A DNA stretch of 59,758 bases from a virus (Duplodnaviria > Caudoviricetes), in IMG/VR virus record IMGVR_UViG_3300033550_000005, positions 1 to 59,758 of that record. One strand, 5' to 3'. The notes below the pieces were generated by a model. That model saw only the letters and a list, made by a program, of their open reading frames with translations. It did not search any database and was not told the DNA's origin. Numbering within the stretch: the stretch's first letter is position 1; every line of letters begins with the position of its first letter. Both the position numbers and the translations under genes were made by a program. Of the stretch, positions 37,924-47,067 are shown piece after piece.

Positions 37924-39312
37924 TCAACTCTCTGTGTTCCAATATCTACGCAGCGCATCGAAGAAGTTCCGCTGGGTCTTACCCTTCGCCCGCACCATTC
38001 CCAAGACAGCTCTGTCTACGGTCCCCTTGGCGATGATGTGGGCCACGAGGACGCGTTCTCGCTGACCCGAGCGCTGTAGCCGTCTGATCAGCTGAAAGTA
38101 GTCGTCGTAGTTGTAGGTGAGTGAGTGCCAGATAACAGCACGGCCGGCTTCCTGCAACCCATCGACACCGTGTGCCATCGACTGCGCGTTGACAATGATG
38201 TAGGGGATTCTACCTCTGTTCCACTCATTGATGAGCTCGGGCATCTTTGCCGGCTTGACACCACCACGGCCGATGAAGGGCGTGTCTTTACCCAATGCCT
38301 TCTGCAGCCGTTCGAGGTCATGTCGGTACTCATACACGACGAGCGCCGGCGCACCGCTCAGCTCTTCGATGAGATCAACCACGGCCTCGGTCTTGGCGTC
38401 GTGGATCTGTTGCCACTTGTTCTCAGAGGCATCGATGAACACGCCTCCGTTGGCGATCTGACGACACTTGCCTGTTGCCACAGCGGCATTCGAAGCATTG
38501 ATCCGACCCTCCTTGAAGTCGAGCCGCAGTGTGTCCTCCATCTGTAGGTAAGCCGCCATTGCCTTGGGTGGGAGCTCGATCTCGATGTCTTTCTCAAGGA
38601 TGGGAGGCAGCTTCAACCAGTCGTCGTCGTGGGCATAGAAGCACGTCGGCGCCGTCATCTCTTGGATCGCCTCCTCAGTGCCCTCCTTGGGCGCCCAGGT
38701 GAAACCACCGAACCCTGTTGGGTAGAAGAAGCGGTTGCGCCAGTGGGTGATGTAGGCACCGAACGTCTGACCCATGTCCATCACGTAGATCTGGCCGAAG
38801 ATGTCGATGAGGTGGTTAGCCATCGGTGTGCCGGTAAGGATCACGCGGCGCTTGAACTTCTTGAGGTGCGGCTTTAGCAGCTTGAAGCGCTTGGAGGAGA
38901 TGTTCTTGAGCTTGGTGCTCTCATCGACGACGAGCATGTCAAACGGCCAGCGCTTAGCACCAAGCGCTCCGAACAGCCACTCCAGCCCCTCGTAGTTGAT
39001 GAGGTACACGTCGTGCTTCTCCGCTAGGACCTTGTCCTTCTTGGGCCCGTGTAGGATCCCGACCGACAGATGCTCAAACTCCTTCCACTTCTTCACCTCA
39101 CGTGGCCACGATGTGTGGATCACGCGGAGTGGTGCGATGACGAGAAGACCTCCGACCATCTTGATGTCACGGAGGATGTCATAGGCGGCGAGCGTGATGC
39201 TGGTCTTCCGCATCCCCGGTTTGAGAAATAAACCAGCGTGTGCGTTCTCAAGCAGGTGCTGTACCGCCCGCTCCATGTAGGGGAGCGGTTCCCAGTTCTC
39301 AGCTATTGGCAA
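37924..39312 (-). CDS. SNF2-like superfamily 2 helicase
   Basis: LKPGMRKT, VVDEST, LTGTP, HGVDGLQ, RLQRSGQ motifs. Confidence 0.9.
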   Translation of the reverse strand: MPIAENWEPLPYMERAVQHLLENAHAGLFLKPGMRKTSITLAAYDILRDIKMVGGLLVIAPLRVIHTSWPREVKKWKEFEHLSVGILHGPKKDKVLAEKHDVYLINYEGLEWLFGALGAKRWPFDMLVVDESTKLKNISSKRFKLLKPHLKKFKRRVILTGTPMANHLIDIFGQIYVMDMGQTFGAYITHWRNRFFYPTGFGGFTWAPKEGTEEAIQEMTAPTCFYAHDDDWLKLPPILEKDIEIELPPKAMAAYLQMEDTLRLDFKEGRINASNAAVATGKCRQIANGGVFIDASENKWQQIHDAKTEAVVDLIEELSGAPALVVYEYRHDLERLQKALGKDTPFIGRGGVKPAKMPELINEWNRGRIPYIIVNAQSMAHGVDGLQEAGRAVIWHSLTYNYDDYFQLIRRLQRSGQRERVLVAHIIAKGTVDRAVLGMVRAKGKTQRNFFDALRRYWNTES

Positions 39313-39623
39313 AGGATGTGAGCCTTTAGTTGGTCTTCGACGAACTTGGCGGCGGCGAAGCCGTCAGTGAAGATGGGAACGCCGTGACCCCAGGCCTCGA
39401 GCTCCTCAAAGAGGTCTGCCTGGCCTGGAGAGAGCTTGCCGATGTCAGGGCGCTTGAACTCGATCCACTGAAAGAAGCTGAACGGCCCCACCACTAGGCG
39501 GTCAGGCCACGAGGCGTAGCCAAGTCCGTTCATCTTCCTAAGCTTGACGGGCAGCTTGAGGCGCTTACACTCCTTCACGAAGTCAGCCTCGATCGTCTTC
39601 TCAAGCTTTGGTTTTGAGCGCAT
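39303..39623 (-). CDS. VRR-NUC domain nuclease
   Basis: EKTIE, WPDRLV, WIEFKRP..LSPGQ. Confidence 0.85.
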   Translation of the reverse strand: MRSKPKLEKTIEADFVKECKRLKLPVKLRKMNGLGYASWPDRLVVGPFSFFQWIEFKRPDIGKLSPGQADLFEELEAWGHGVPIFTDGFAAAKFVEDQLKAHILCQ

Positions 39624-40167
39624 TCAGTAGCTCCACAGCGTGTTCAGCTTGTGAGATCGCATCGTCAAGCGCGTTGTGATAGACGCCGCTTCTTGACAAC
39701 TTGATGTCTCGCCGTAAATTCTTTAGCGTCCTATAACAACGGCCATTGTAATTACTCCATGGAGTCTCCATGTTGACGGCCCTGTAGGCAGCATCTAGGA
39801 GCACGTTGTCGAAGTCTGAGCCGTTGCCCCACACCTTGACCTTCTGCGGCTTCTCTGCGGCGCCAATGAACTCACTGAAGCGTACCAACACGTCGGTCAA
39901 TGGGTTCACATACGACGGGTCACAGGCCTTGAAGAGCGTGCCGAGCGCCTCAGGCTTCTGCTTGTTCCACCACTCGATCGTGTCCTTGCTCTCCGTCAGC
40001 CCGTAGCCGCGACACGAGTCACGTGAGATAATCTCGTGGAACGTAGGGCCAAGCACTTGAAGCTCGGCGTTGAAGTACACGGCTCCGATCGATAAGAGCA
40101 CGGCGCCCGGCTTTGTGTCGAGCGTCTCCAGGTCCAACATCACATCATTAAATCCATCAATAAGCAC
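39601..40167 (-). CDS. DEDDh 3'-5' exonuclease
   Basis: MLDLETL, WGNGSDFD, HNALDDA. Confidence 0.85.
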   Translation of the reverse strand: MLIDGFNDVMLDLETLDTKPGAVLLSIGAVYFNAELQVLGPTFHEIISRDSCRGYGLTESKDTIEWWNKQKPEALGTLFKACDPSYVNPLTDVLVRFSEFIGAAEKPQKVKVWGNGSDFDNVLLDAAYRAVNMETPWSNYNGRCYRTLKNLRRDIKLSRSGVYHNALDDAISQAEHAVELLNALKTKA

Positions 40168-40864
40168 AGGGGCCTCCCTTTGATCTGCTGAAGTTACACC
40201 ACCGACAACCGTTGCCTGGCTTCGGTTTAAACACCGTGTCTGCCAGCATCTTCTTGGTCCGCATCTCCCACCGCTTCTTCAGGTCCTTCACGTCCTTCTG
40301 GGTGAAGACCTCCTCACTCACCACCGTGCGGCCATGGTCGATGAACACGAGCGAAGAGCGTGCCTGTTCAGCGGCCTGGTAAGTCAACAGGCCCGCCAAG
40401 CTGTAGAGCTCAGTCTGTAGTGGATATTCAGACTTGTAGACGACGGTGTCTGTCTTGGCGTCGAGCTTGGCGCCGCTCTTGAAGTCGTGGACCTCAACCG
40501 TCGGCGGCTCGTCATCGAGCAGCGGTGGGATGGTCACGTCAGCCTTTACACGGCACCACGCCGACCTGTCGAACCAGCTGACTGGCTGCCACTCGCGGTT
40601 GAAGGCGAACTCAGCCTCAGGCAGCGCGCCGCGTTTGCGGAAGTCTTTGAGCTCGGTCGAGATCTTGGTGACGTCCTTCGGCACCGTCTTCTTGATGCCA
40701 CGGAGGTAGTGCTCACAGAGTGTGTGGAGTGCCTCACCGCGGGCAAGCGCTTCGCCCTGGGGCTCTGGCAGCTTATCGATGAACTTGTACTTGGCCTTAG
40801 CCGGACACTCTTCATATGCTGCCCAGCGGCTGAATGACCACGCTGTGATCTTAGTGACTGCCAT
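40157..40864 (-). CDS. Cas4-like PD-(D/E)XK exonuclease
   Basis: WSFSR..CP, KAD, DFKSG, Q..LY, CRWC..C Fe-S cysteines. Confidence 0.85.
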   Translation of the reverse strand: MAVTKITAWSFSRWAAYEECPAKAKYKFIDKLPEPQGEALARGEALHTLCEHYLRGIKKTVPKDVTKISTELKDFRKRGALPEAEFAFNREWQPVSWFDRSAWCRVKADVTIPPLLDDEPPTVEVHDFKSGAKLDAKTDTVVYKSEYPLQTELYSLAGLLTYQAAEQARSSLVFIDHGRTVVSEEVFTQKDVKDLKKRWEMRTKKMLADTVFKPKPGNGCRWCNFSRSKGGPCAY

Positions 40865-41111
40865 CAGTCTTCTCCTCTTCAAGGGCAATCAGCTGCTGCT
40901 CCATGCCCATCTTGGCGAGTGCCAAGCGCCCAGCAACTTCGCCGGCGTCTTCGAACGCTACCTTCATCTGCATGTAGGCTCGGGTGAACTTCACACGGTC
41001 CTCCTCATCGATGATTTGCGTGATGGCCTCTATCTCGGCCAAGTCTCTCTTTGTCTGGTTGATCTGCGCATCGACGTGCGTAGGAGAACCTACCATAAAC
41101 GGTGTTGCCAT
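40851..41111 (-). CDS. Hypothetical protein
   Basis: AGGAG RBS; coupled to the polymerase stop. Confidence 0.55.
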   Translation of the reverse strand: MATPFMVGSPTHVDAQINQTKRDLAEIEAITQIIDEEDRVKFTRAYMQMKVAFEDAGEVAGRLALAKMGMEQQLIALEEEKTDGSH

Positions 41112-42973
41112 CAGTCACACTCCTGTAGTTCAGTCCAACGATAGCCATATTCACCATCTGAGCGCATGGGTGCGCCGAGTGGGATGTCATTCATGGCTTC
41201 CTTTAACAACTTCATCTCACTCTTCCACGCCTTTGTGGGGCAACAGCCGAGCACTTCATCATGCACCGTCAACAACATCCTTCCATGCTTCTTCATCGCA
41301 TCGTACCTGATCAAAGCCTCCTTTGTATAGTCGGCAGATGAGCCTTGGATGAGGTAGTTGAACAACTTGTAATCAAACGTCCGCAGCCGGCCATCGATGA
41401 CCTTGGGTGGCTCACAGTAGTAGCGACGACCTCCCCAGGTAAACATGGGCTCATTGTTCTCAGCACGCTCCTTGAGGACCTTTTGAATGTCCTTGATCCC
41501 ACTAAAGCGGCTGAGGTACTTGGTGCGATAACCCCTGGCATTATTGACGTCTGTACCCATCGTTTCTGCAAGACTACCAAGCCCCATCCCATACAAGATG
41601 CCGAAGGCGATGTTCTTTGTTGTCTTGCGGTTCTCAGGCGTGGCCTCACCAAACAAGACCTCAGCGGCGAAGTTGTGTAGGTCCAACGCTGGGTTATCAA
41701 TGAACGCCTGCATCATCTCATCATCTTCGAAGTGGGCGAGCACGCGCAGCTCCTGCTGTGAGAAGTCGCGGTCGAGGATGACGTGCTTGTCCGAATCTGC
41801 TATGATGTAGCTGCGCACCGATGGAAGTGGTGGAAGACCTTTTTTCTTGAGGTGCTGCTCCCACAGCTGGATGGCACGCTTAAACTTAGGCGACTTGAGC
41901 GTCGGGATGTTCTGGAAGTTGGGCGATGATGAGAAGCGCCCAGAGCGAGCACCTCCGCCCTCAGACTGTGCCACGCTGTTCCACTGTGTGTGGATCCACC
42001 CCTTGGTCTTCAGCGCCGTCTCAAGCCACGGCTCCATGAAATTCCGCATACACGTGACCACTGAGGCACGGTAGTGGAATAGGGCGAGGAGCAGAGGAGG
42101 CAGCTGTGCTGTATCAAAGACCTCATTCAGCGCGTCCTTAGACGTCGAGCGGGCACCTTTGGGCGTCAGTGGCCAGTCGATGCCTGAGTACTTGGCGTCT
42201 AGTGCGTTTGCAAGATCCTCACCCGCGTCCATGTTAAACTCACAACCCAGCATCTTGAAGATCTGCTGCTCAGCCTTCTGGATGGCGACGCGATAGACCT
42301 GAACGTCTTCGAAGAGTGAGACCTCGTCTACGCGGACACCGTGGCGCTCATTCTCAAGGAGGATGGGGATCAGACGGCGCTCACGCTCATACGCGCCCAC
42401 CATGCCTGCCTCTTGGACCTCTGGCAGCAGCGACTCGAAGATGAGCTTGGTGCGGTCTGTGTCACCCTCGGCGTACAGGCCGACGATGTCACCAGGCGCC
42501 TTTGAGATGTGCGCGCCCCAGCTCTTCTTGTTGGCACGGCTCACGATGCCGGCGTTGATCAACCACTCACGCACAGCATCTCGTTCCTCTGGGTCTATAC
42601 CTAGGCGACTCTGTGCGAGCTCCTTGAGGCCGATCTCCTTAGCGTGTGGGTCGATCAGGAACGCAAGTACCATCGTGTCGTGGATGCGGTGCCACGGCAG
42701 CATAGGGAGACCTAGGTGGGTCTCAGCCACATCTGTATCGAACTTACCGTTATGGAAGCTGATCTCGATGTTGGGATCGTCCCACACCTCACGCAGCGCT
42801 GCGATCGCCTGTTCACGTGTGCAGTTGTTGCCTGTTGGGTGGCCCCAGGCATAGTACCGGCTCTTCTTGGCACCAGGTTTTCGGATGGCGACGCCGACGG
42901 GCTTCGGTGGATACTCAGGCCGTGGCTTGATCTCCTCCGTCTCAAAGTCAACGAACCCGACTTTTTTAGCCAC
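41111..42973 (-). CDS. DNA polymerase family A with 3'-5' exonuclease domain
   Basis: DFET, HNGKFD, YAEGD exo motifs; SGRFSSSPNFQNIP, DFSQQELR, RKTTKNIAFGILYG, TVHDE. Confidence 0.95.
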   Translation of the reverse strand: MAKKVGFVDFETEEIKPRPEYPPKPVGVAIRKPGAKKSRYYAWGHPTGNNCTREQAIAALREVWDDPNIEISFHNGKFDTDVAETHLGLPMLPWHRIHDTMVLAFLIDPHAKEIGLKELAQSRLGIDPEERDAVREWLINAGIVSRANKKSWGAHISKAPGDIVGLYAEGDTDRTKLIFESLLPEVQEAGMVGAYERERRLIPILLENERHGVRVDEVSLFEDVQVYRVAIQKAEQQIFKMLGCEFNMDAGEDLANALDAKYSGIDWPLTPKGARSTSKDALNEVFDTAQLPPLLLALFHYRASVVTCMRNFMEPWLETALKTKGWIHTQWNSVAQSEGGGARSGRFSSSPNFQNIPTLKSPKFKRAIQLWEQHLKKKGLPPLPSVRSYIIADSDKHVILDRDFSQQELRVLAHFEDDEMMQAFIDNPALDLHNFAAEVLFGEATPENRKTTKNIAFGILYGMGLGSLAETMGTDVNNARGYRTKYLSRFSGIKDIQKVLKERAENNEPMFTWGGRRYYCEPPKVIDGRLRTFDYKLFNYLIQGSSADYTKEALIRYDAMKKHGRMLLTVHDEVLGCCPTKAWKSEMKLLKEAMNDIPLGAPMRSDGEYGYRWTELQECD

Positions 42974-43172
42974 GCGCGCACCCTGCCAGCTCAGCCTTCT
43001 CACGGATCCCGCGGAGCTTGGAGTAACGGTGGTAGAGGCGAACCATGACGCGGAGACGTGCTTGGCTCTTTCTCTCAGCCTCGATCAGCTTCTTGAGGTC
43101 TTCCTCACTGAACAGCATGAGGTCTTTGTTGAGCTGATTCCAGCCCTTTGATAGAATTTCTTTTGTGGTCAT
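42966..43172 (-). CDS. Hypothetical protein
   Basis: Small helical ORF coupled to the polymerase. Confidence 0.55.
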   Translation of the reverse strand: MTTKEILSKGWNQLNKDLMLFSEEDLKKLIEAERKSQARLRVMVRLYHRYSKLRGIREKAELAGCARG

Positions 43173-43191
43173 CTTTCAAGTCCAGCAGGTT

Positions 43192-43220
43192 AGGACCCAG
43201 CCCAATTGCTGGGTCCTTTT
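43192..43220. terminator. Intergenic stem-loop (T tail on the + side)
   Basis: AGGACCCAGC-CCAATT-GCTGGGTCCT-TTT. Confidence 0.5.
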
Positions 43221-43231
43221 ACTACAGGGCT

Positions 43232-44026
43232 TTAGTACTTGCGGGTCTTGGCTGCGACCGCCTTCTTACCGCCACGCGCCGGTGGGGGAGGAGCTTCGCG
43301 TGGTTCTGGGTAGGGGAAGCCGATGGTCTCGGTCTCAGCCTCGTGGCGCTTGATGATGAGGGCGAGGATGTCGTCATCGTCGATCATGGCGGCGTCTTCG
43401 AACGTGACCTTGAACTGCGTCTTGCTGTCGACCTGGGTCGCGATCTGAGTGACGAAGGCGAACGGCGGGAGCTCGAACGCGGCGTCGAGGCGCTTCACAT
43501 ACTGTGAGTAGGCCTTGACGGACGTGACGGGGAGCTTCGCGTAGGCGACATCACCACGCTCGACAGCTTCCTCGGTGAGCGGCTTGCCCGGCAGGAGTGC
43601 TAGGCGGACTACGTTCTTACAGGCCTTGCCCTTACCCTTCTCGGCCGAGCCGAACTCGTTGTGCGGACAGCCCTTGCACGAGCTGTGCTGCGGTTCAGCA
43701 GACTTCTCATGTGGCGCCATGTCATCCAGCTTGTCGCCGAAGGCATAGCACAGAGGGGGTTGCGGGTTGTCTGAGTCATAGTCGCCGCCATAGTAGGCGT
43801 TCTCGAGCGTGGACGCCACCACGATGACGTCAAGTTTGTTGCCAGCGACTGCTGCGCCTGCGACGGTGATCTGACCTGCCTTGAAGGAAACGAAGCTGCC
43901 ACCAGGACCTGTCTCATTTGCGACCTCGACGGCTTGTTTGGCATAGCCCTTGAGCTTGTCCTTCAGACTTACGACTGCGGTGCTTTTGCCAGAAGCTTTA
44001 GTTACGGCGGTTTTTGTAGTTGCCAT
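43232..44026 (-). CDS. Putative ssDNA-binding/annealing protein
   Basis: CKGCPHNEFGS..GKGKACKN motif; position among replication genes. Confidence 0.6.
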   Translation of the reverse strand: MATTKTAVTKASGKSTAVVSLKDKLKGYAKQAVEVANETGPGGSFVSFKAGQITVAGAAVAGNKLDVIVVASTLENAYYGGDYDSDNPQPPLCYAFGDKLDDMAPHEKSAEPQHSSCKGCPHNEFGSAEKGKGKACKNVVRLALLPGKPLTEEAVERGDVAYAKLPVTSVKAYSQYVKRLDAAFELPPFAFVTQIATQVDSKTQFKVTFEDAAMIDDDDILALIIKRHEAETETIGFPYPEPREAPPPPARGGKKAVAAKTRKY

Positions 44027-44036
44027 GTGTATCCTC

Positions 44037-44073
44037 AGTTATCGGTAGGGGTTGGTTGCCCTTACCGATAACT
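44037..44073 (-). promoter_or_regulatory. Long leader hairpin upstream of the SSB-like gene
   Basis: AGTTATCGGTAGGG..CCCTTACCGATAACT inverted repeat abutting the RBS; TATAGT -10-like hexamer at its upstream edge on the - strand. Confidence 0.5.
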
Positions 44074-44102
44074 ATACACACTTTTATATCTTGAGAATAG
44101 TG

Positions 44103-44273
44103 CTAGTTTTTCCGGTTGGATTCAGCCAGATCTAGTTTCTTGTTACGCCACACCTCTGCCACGAATCCAGTCGGAAACATGGTAGGCGTGCGATGGTAGG
44201 CACGCTTGAACTTCCGATACTGCTCTCTGCTGTCAGATATTACACGCAGAGCCTTAGCCACTTTTCCACGCAT
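44103..44273 (-). CDS. Small basic hypothetical protein
   Basis: GGAGG RBS before MRGKVAK. Confidence 0.5.
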   Translation of the reverse strand: MRGKVAKALRVISDSREQYRKFKRAYHRTPTMFPTGFVAEVWRNKKLDLAESNRKN

Positions 44274-45184
44274 CACTTCACCTCCTTCCACGCCGGCTCA
44301 TAGTCGCCGTCTTTCAAGTCATTCAGCTGGGAGAGCAGGCACTTTTTGAGATCCTCCACCTGTGCCGTCTTCTTGCCGACGAACGGGCGACTGACGAGGT
44401 AGTTCTGCACCACGAGGGCATCAGTGCCGTAGATCCCCAGGCCGCGATAGCTCACCTTCTTGAGCGCGTACGGCTGCTGCGGTGCGTAGTCGAACGGGGC
44501 GAGTGTGAGACCGTCGGCCGACGTCAGTTTGTTGACGGCACCGTGGATGCTTGCACCACTGATCGTGAACGCCGCCATGATCTTGCCCGCCTTGACAGCC
44601 GCAAAGGCCTCGTCGTCCTTGCCGAAGTCGAAGATCTGCATGCCCATGTTGTACGTCTCGTTCAGCTTGCGCACCTGTAGCGATGTGGAGCCCACTAGGC
44701 CAACCGGCAGACCCTTCAGCTCAGAGAACTTGGTGACGCGAACCACCTTGTTCTCCTTCTTGAGGCCGAAGTACTTGCTGTCTCCGACGACTGTCGTGCC
44801 GGCAGCACTGACCACGATGTGCAGATAGCTCATGTTGAGCGGGAGCACGGTGCGAAGGGCTCGGATGTTCTCGTCCGAGTTGCCCATGATCTTGAGCGAG
44901 TCCTCCATGGCGAAGGCGACGTCGACCTTGTTGATGGCCAACAGGCTGACATTGTCCAGCGCGCCGTCTGAGTTGACCTCACAGATGTTGACCTTGGCAC
45001 CGCAGACATCAGCCACGTCGGTGTAGAGCTTCGAGAAGCCCTTGCCCTTGGGTCCGGTGCCGACCTTGAGGCCGTCACACTTGGCAGGCGGTGGGTCTGC
45101 CGCCAGTGATTGTTGTGCTACAAAAAAACCTGCGAACACGGCCAGGACAAAGGCGCAGTAGACGCGTGGGATGGTGAGCTTCAT
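44273..45184 (-). CDS. TAXI-family (TRAP-associated) periplasmic solute-binding protein-like
   Basis: Signal peptide; GTGPKGKGF, SDGALDNVSLL..VDVAF..D, LHIVV, SELKGLPVGLVG. Confidence 0.75.
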   Translation of the reverse strand: MKLTIPRVYCAFVLAVFAGFFVAQQSLAADPPPAKCDGLKVGTGPKGKGFSKLYTDVADVCGAKVNICEVNSDGALDNVSLLAINKVDVAFAMEDSLKIMGNSDENIRALRTVLPLNMSYLHIVVSAAGTTVVGDSKYFGLKKENKVVRVTKFSELKGLPVGLVGSTSLQVRKLNETYNMGMQIFDFGKDDEAFAAVKAGKIMAAFTISGASIHGAVNKLTSADGLTLAPFDYAPQQPYALKKVSYRGLGIYGTDALVVQNYLVSRPFVGKKTAQVEDLKKCLLSQLNDLKDGDYEPAWKEVK

Positions 45185-45195
45185 GGTGGACTCCT

Positions 45196-45348
45196 TTATC
45201 TAATAACAAACTGCGGGTTAACACACTCAGTAATTCGGACGATGAAGACACCGCCCTTCTCCTCACAACTCCTCTTCATCACATGAAGAACTAACACCAC
45301 AGCCGTGAGGATGGCTGCCGCAATTGCCAAGTGTATAGGTATCTTCAT
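45196..45348 (-). CDS. Small single-TM protein
   Basis: 50-aa ORF read by hand (MKIPIHLAIAAAILTAVVLV..CEEKGG..C). Confidence 0.5.
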   Translation of the reverse strand: MKIPIHLAIAAAILTAVVLVLHVMKRSCEEKGGVFIVRITECVNPQFVIR

Positions 45349-45350
45349 GA

Positions 45351-45500
45351 TTAGAAGTTGAACGACTTTTGATTAACATAGACAGGTGGCTGTGAGGCTG
45401 ATACCTGTACATCAGTGGGCGACGTCACGATGATGACGACACAGGTCAAGGCAACAGCGGCCACTGCACCGATGATGCCGAGAAGTTTCCAGAAGCTCAC
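45351..45500 (-). CDS. Small single-TM protein
   Basis: 49-aa GTG ORF read by hand, overlapping the upstream stop; GGAG RBS. Confidence 0.5.
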   Translation of the reverse strand: MSFWKLLGIIGAVAAVALTCVVIIVTSPTDVQVSASQPPVYVNQKSFNF

Positions 45501-46243
45501 TGTGTGTCTCCCGCAACGAGGTTGATGTCCTTGAGGTCAAGGTACATCCCACCAAAATCCATGCGGTCTGTCACGGTGAGCTGTTTGGCGTCGAGCTCCA
45601 GCTCCGCGAACACGGTGTTGAAGTTGTCGAGCACGGCCTTGTTCGCCTCGTCTGCCAACATGTCCTTGATCAGGTCCTCTGCCGACGCCGAGTTAAGCGC
45701 CGCGATCGCCGACTGACCGGCCTGTGCGAACTCGTGCTTGAACCGCTGCTCATCGATCGCGTCCTTCAGCTCGTTCAGCGCGATCTCGCCCTTCTCATAG
45801 CGCACCTTGAGGACGAAGTGAGCACCCTCCATCGCCTTGATCGCCTTCTCCTGCTCGGTGGGGTCGTACCCGGGCTTGGTCTTCTTGCGCTCAGCCACCA
45901 TGTCCTTCAGCCGACGGATCTGGGCGTCGATCTTGATGACGGCAGACCTGAACTGGTTGAGGCGGTCGCGCTTGTCGATGAAGAACTGTTCCAGCTGCTC
46001 GATCGGGTTCTTGCGCGCCTCGCTCTTCCGCAGCATGAGCAGGCGGTTTTCAAGCACCTGTCCCAGCAGCGGGAGCGATGAGAAGAGCCCGAAGCCCACG
46101 AGACCGATGACGACGAGCCCGATGAGCGCGACGCCTGCCTTGGCCGCTGCGAACAGCAGGGTTGACATGAGAGCCAACCCAGCGATCGCAGCACCTACCA
46201 CCACGGCCCTGAAGGCCCACAACCTCACCTGGTTTTTCTCCAC
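45497..46243 (-). CDS. Membrane-anchored PspA-like coiled-coil protein
   Basis: Two N-terminal TM segments, then NPIEQLE and a long helical hairpin. Confidence 0.5.
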   Translation of the reverse strand: MEKNQVRLWAFRAVVVGAAIAGLALMSTLLFAAAKAGVALIGLVVIGLVGFGLFSSLPLLGQVLENRLLMLRKSEARKNPIEQLEQFFIDKRDRLNQFRSAVIKIDAQIRRLKDMVAERKKTKPGYDPTEQEKAIKAMEGAHFVLKVRYEKGEIALNELKDAIDEQRFKHEFAQAGQSAIAALNSASAEDLIKDMLADEANKAVLDNFNTVFAELELDAKQLTVTDRMDFGGMYLDLKDINLVAGDTQ

Positions 46244-46271
46244 GTTAGTCTCCTCTGACCCGGTGGGCCGT

Positions 46272-46559
46272 TTAGTTGGTCGGGAAGAGCTCGGAGATGA
46301 GCTGCTTGATCTGCTTCAGCTTGCGCTCGAGAAGATCGTACTCGTTCATCTTGCCGACGATGACGTCGAAGTCGAGCTCCTTGTTGGCACAGAGCTTGTT
46401 GATTTCACCTTCCAGCGAGATCAGCTTCTCCTCGATCTTGGCCTGTTCGAGGTCGGCCTTGGCCTTGATGCCACGAGCACGGACAGGTGCCAGCAGCTCA
46501 TCGACCTTCTCGCTGGTGAGTGCCAAGAGTGCAGCAAGCGGTTTTACGGTAAATGCCAT
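46272..46559 (-). CDS. Coiled-coil hypothetical protein
   Basis: AAGGAG RBS; heptad pattern. Confidence 0.6.
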   Translation of the reverse strand: MAFTVKPLAALLALTSEKVDELLAPVRARGIKAKADLEQAKIEEKLISLEGEINKLCANKELDFDVIVGKMNEYDLLERKLKQIKQLISELFPTN

Positions 46560-46571
46560 GGTTACTTCTCC

Positions 46572-46832
46572 TTAGAGTAAGAGCAAGAGCTCTTGGTTGG
46601 TTGGGTGCTTCTTATCTACTGCCTTCTTTTTCTGCTGCGGTGACTTATTCATGTCGCCATTCCAGGCGGCATCTGGGTGAAACTGTGGGTGGTATCCCAT
46701 CGCATAGAGCTCGGCCTCTTTATTTCGACACATGAGCTCTTTCTGAAGTTCATGGTGATGCCTAAGCTTCATCTCATCATCCCAACCATACATATACCCA
46801 AAAACGTTGGCGTTTCGCGGATCAGAGGCCAT
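46572..46832 (-). CDS. Hypothetical protein ending ELLLLL
   Basis: GAGG RBS. Confidence 0.55.
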   Translation of the reverse strand: MASDPRNANVFGYMYGWDDEMKLRHHHELQKELMCRNKEAELYAMGYHPQFHPDAAWNGDMNKSPQQKKKAVDKKHPTNQELLLLL

Positions 46833-46835
46833 ACC

Positions 46836-47063
46836 TCACCCTCCTGTACAGAGCAGCAAGAGCTCATCAGCACGTTGACACTCGACCAATACCCGAGCCT
46901 CTTCTGCCTCACGCTTCATCGCATCAACACGATCATCCATGTATTCAACAAACCCGGTGTCGACTCCACTAGAGTAGTTCCAGAGCATGTTGTGGTTAAT
47001 GTCATTCTGTGTATGAGAGATTGTGTCTGTGAGACCGTCTGGCCAAAATATCTTACCAGCCAT
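46836..47063 (-). CDS. Hypothetical protein ending ELLLLCTGG
   Basis: GGAGG RBS before ATG 47063. Confidence 0.55.
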   Translation of the reverse strand: MAGKIFWPDGLTDTISHTQNDINHNMLWNYSSGVDTGFVEYMDDRVDAMKREAEEARVLVECQRADELLLLCTGG

Positions 47064-47067
47064 GCTC

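Noticed and set aside
40157-40864. Cas4 as evidence of a CRISPR-Cas system
   Set aside because: Stand-alone Cas4-like nucleases are common in phage replication modules; no other cas genes or array.
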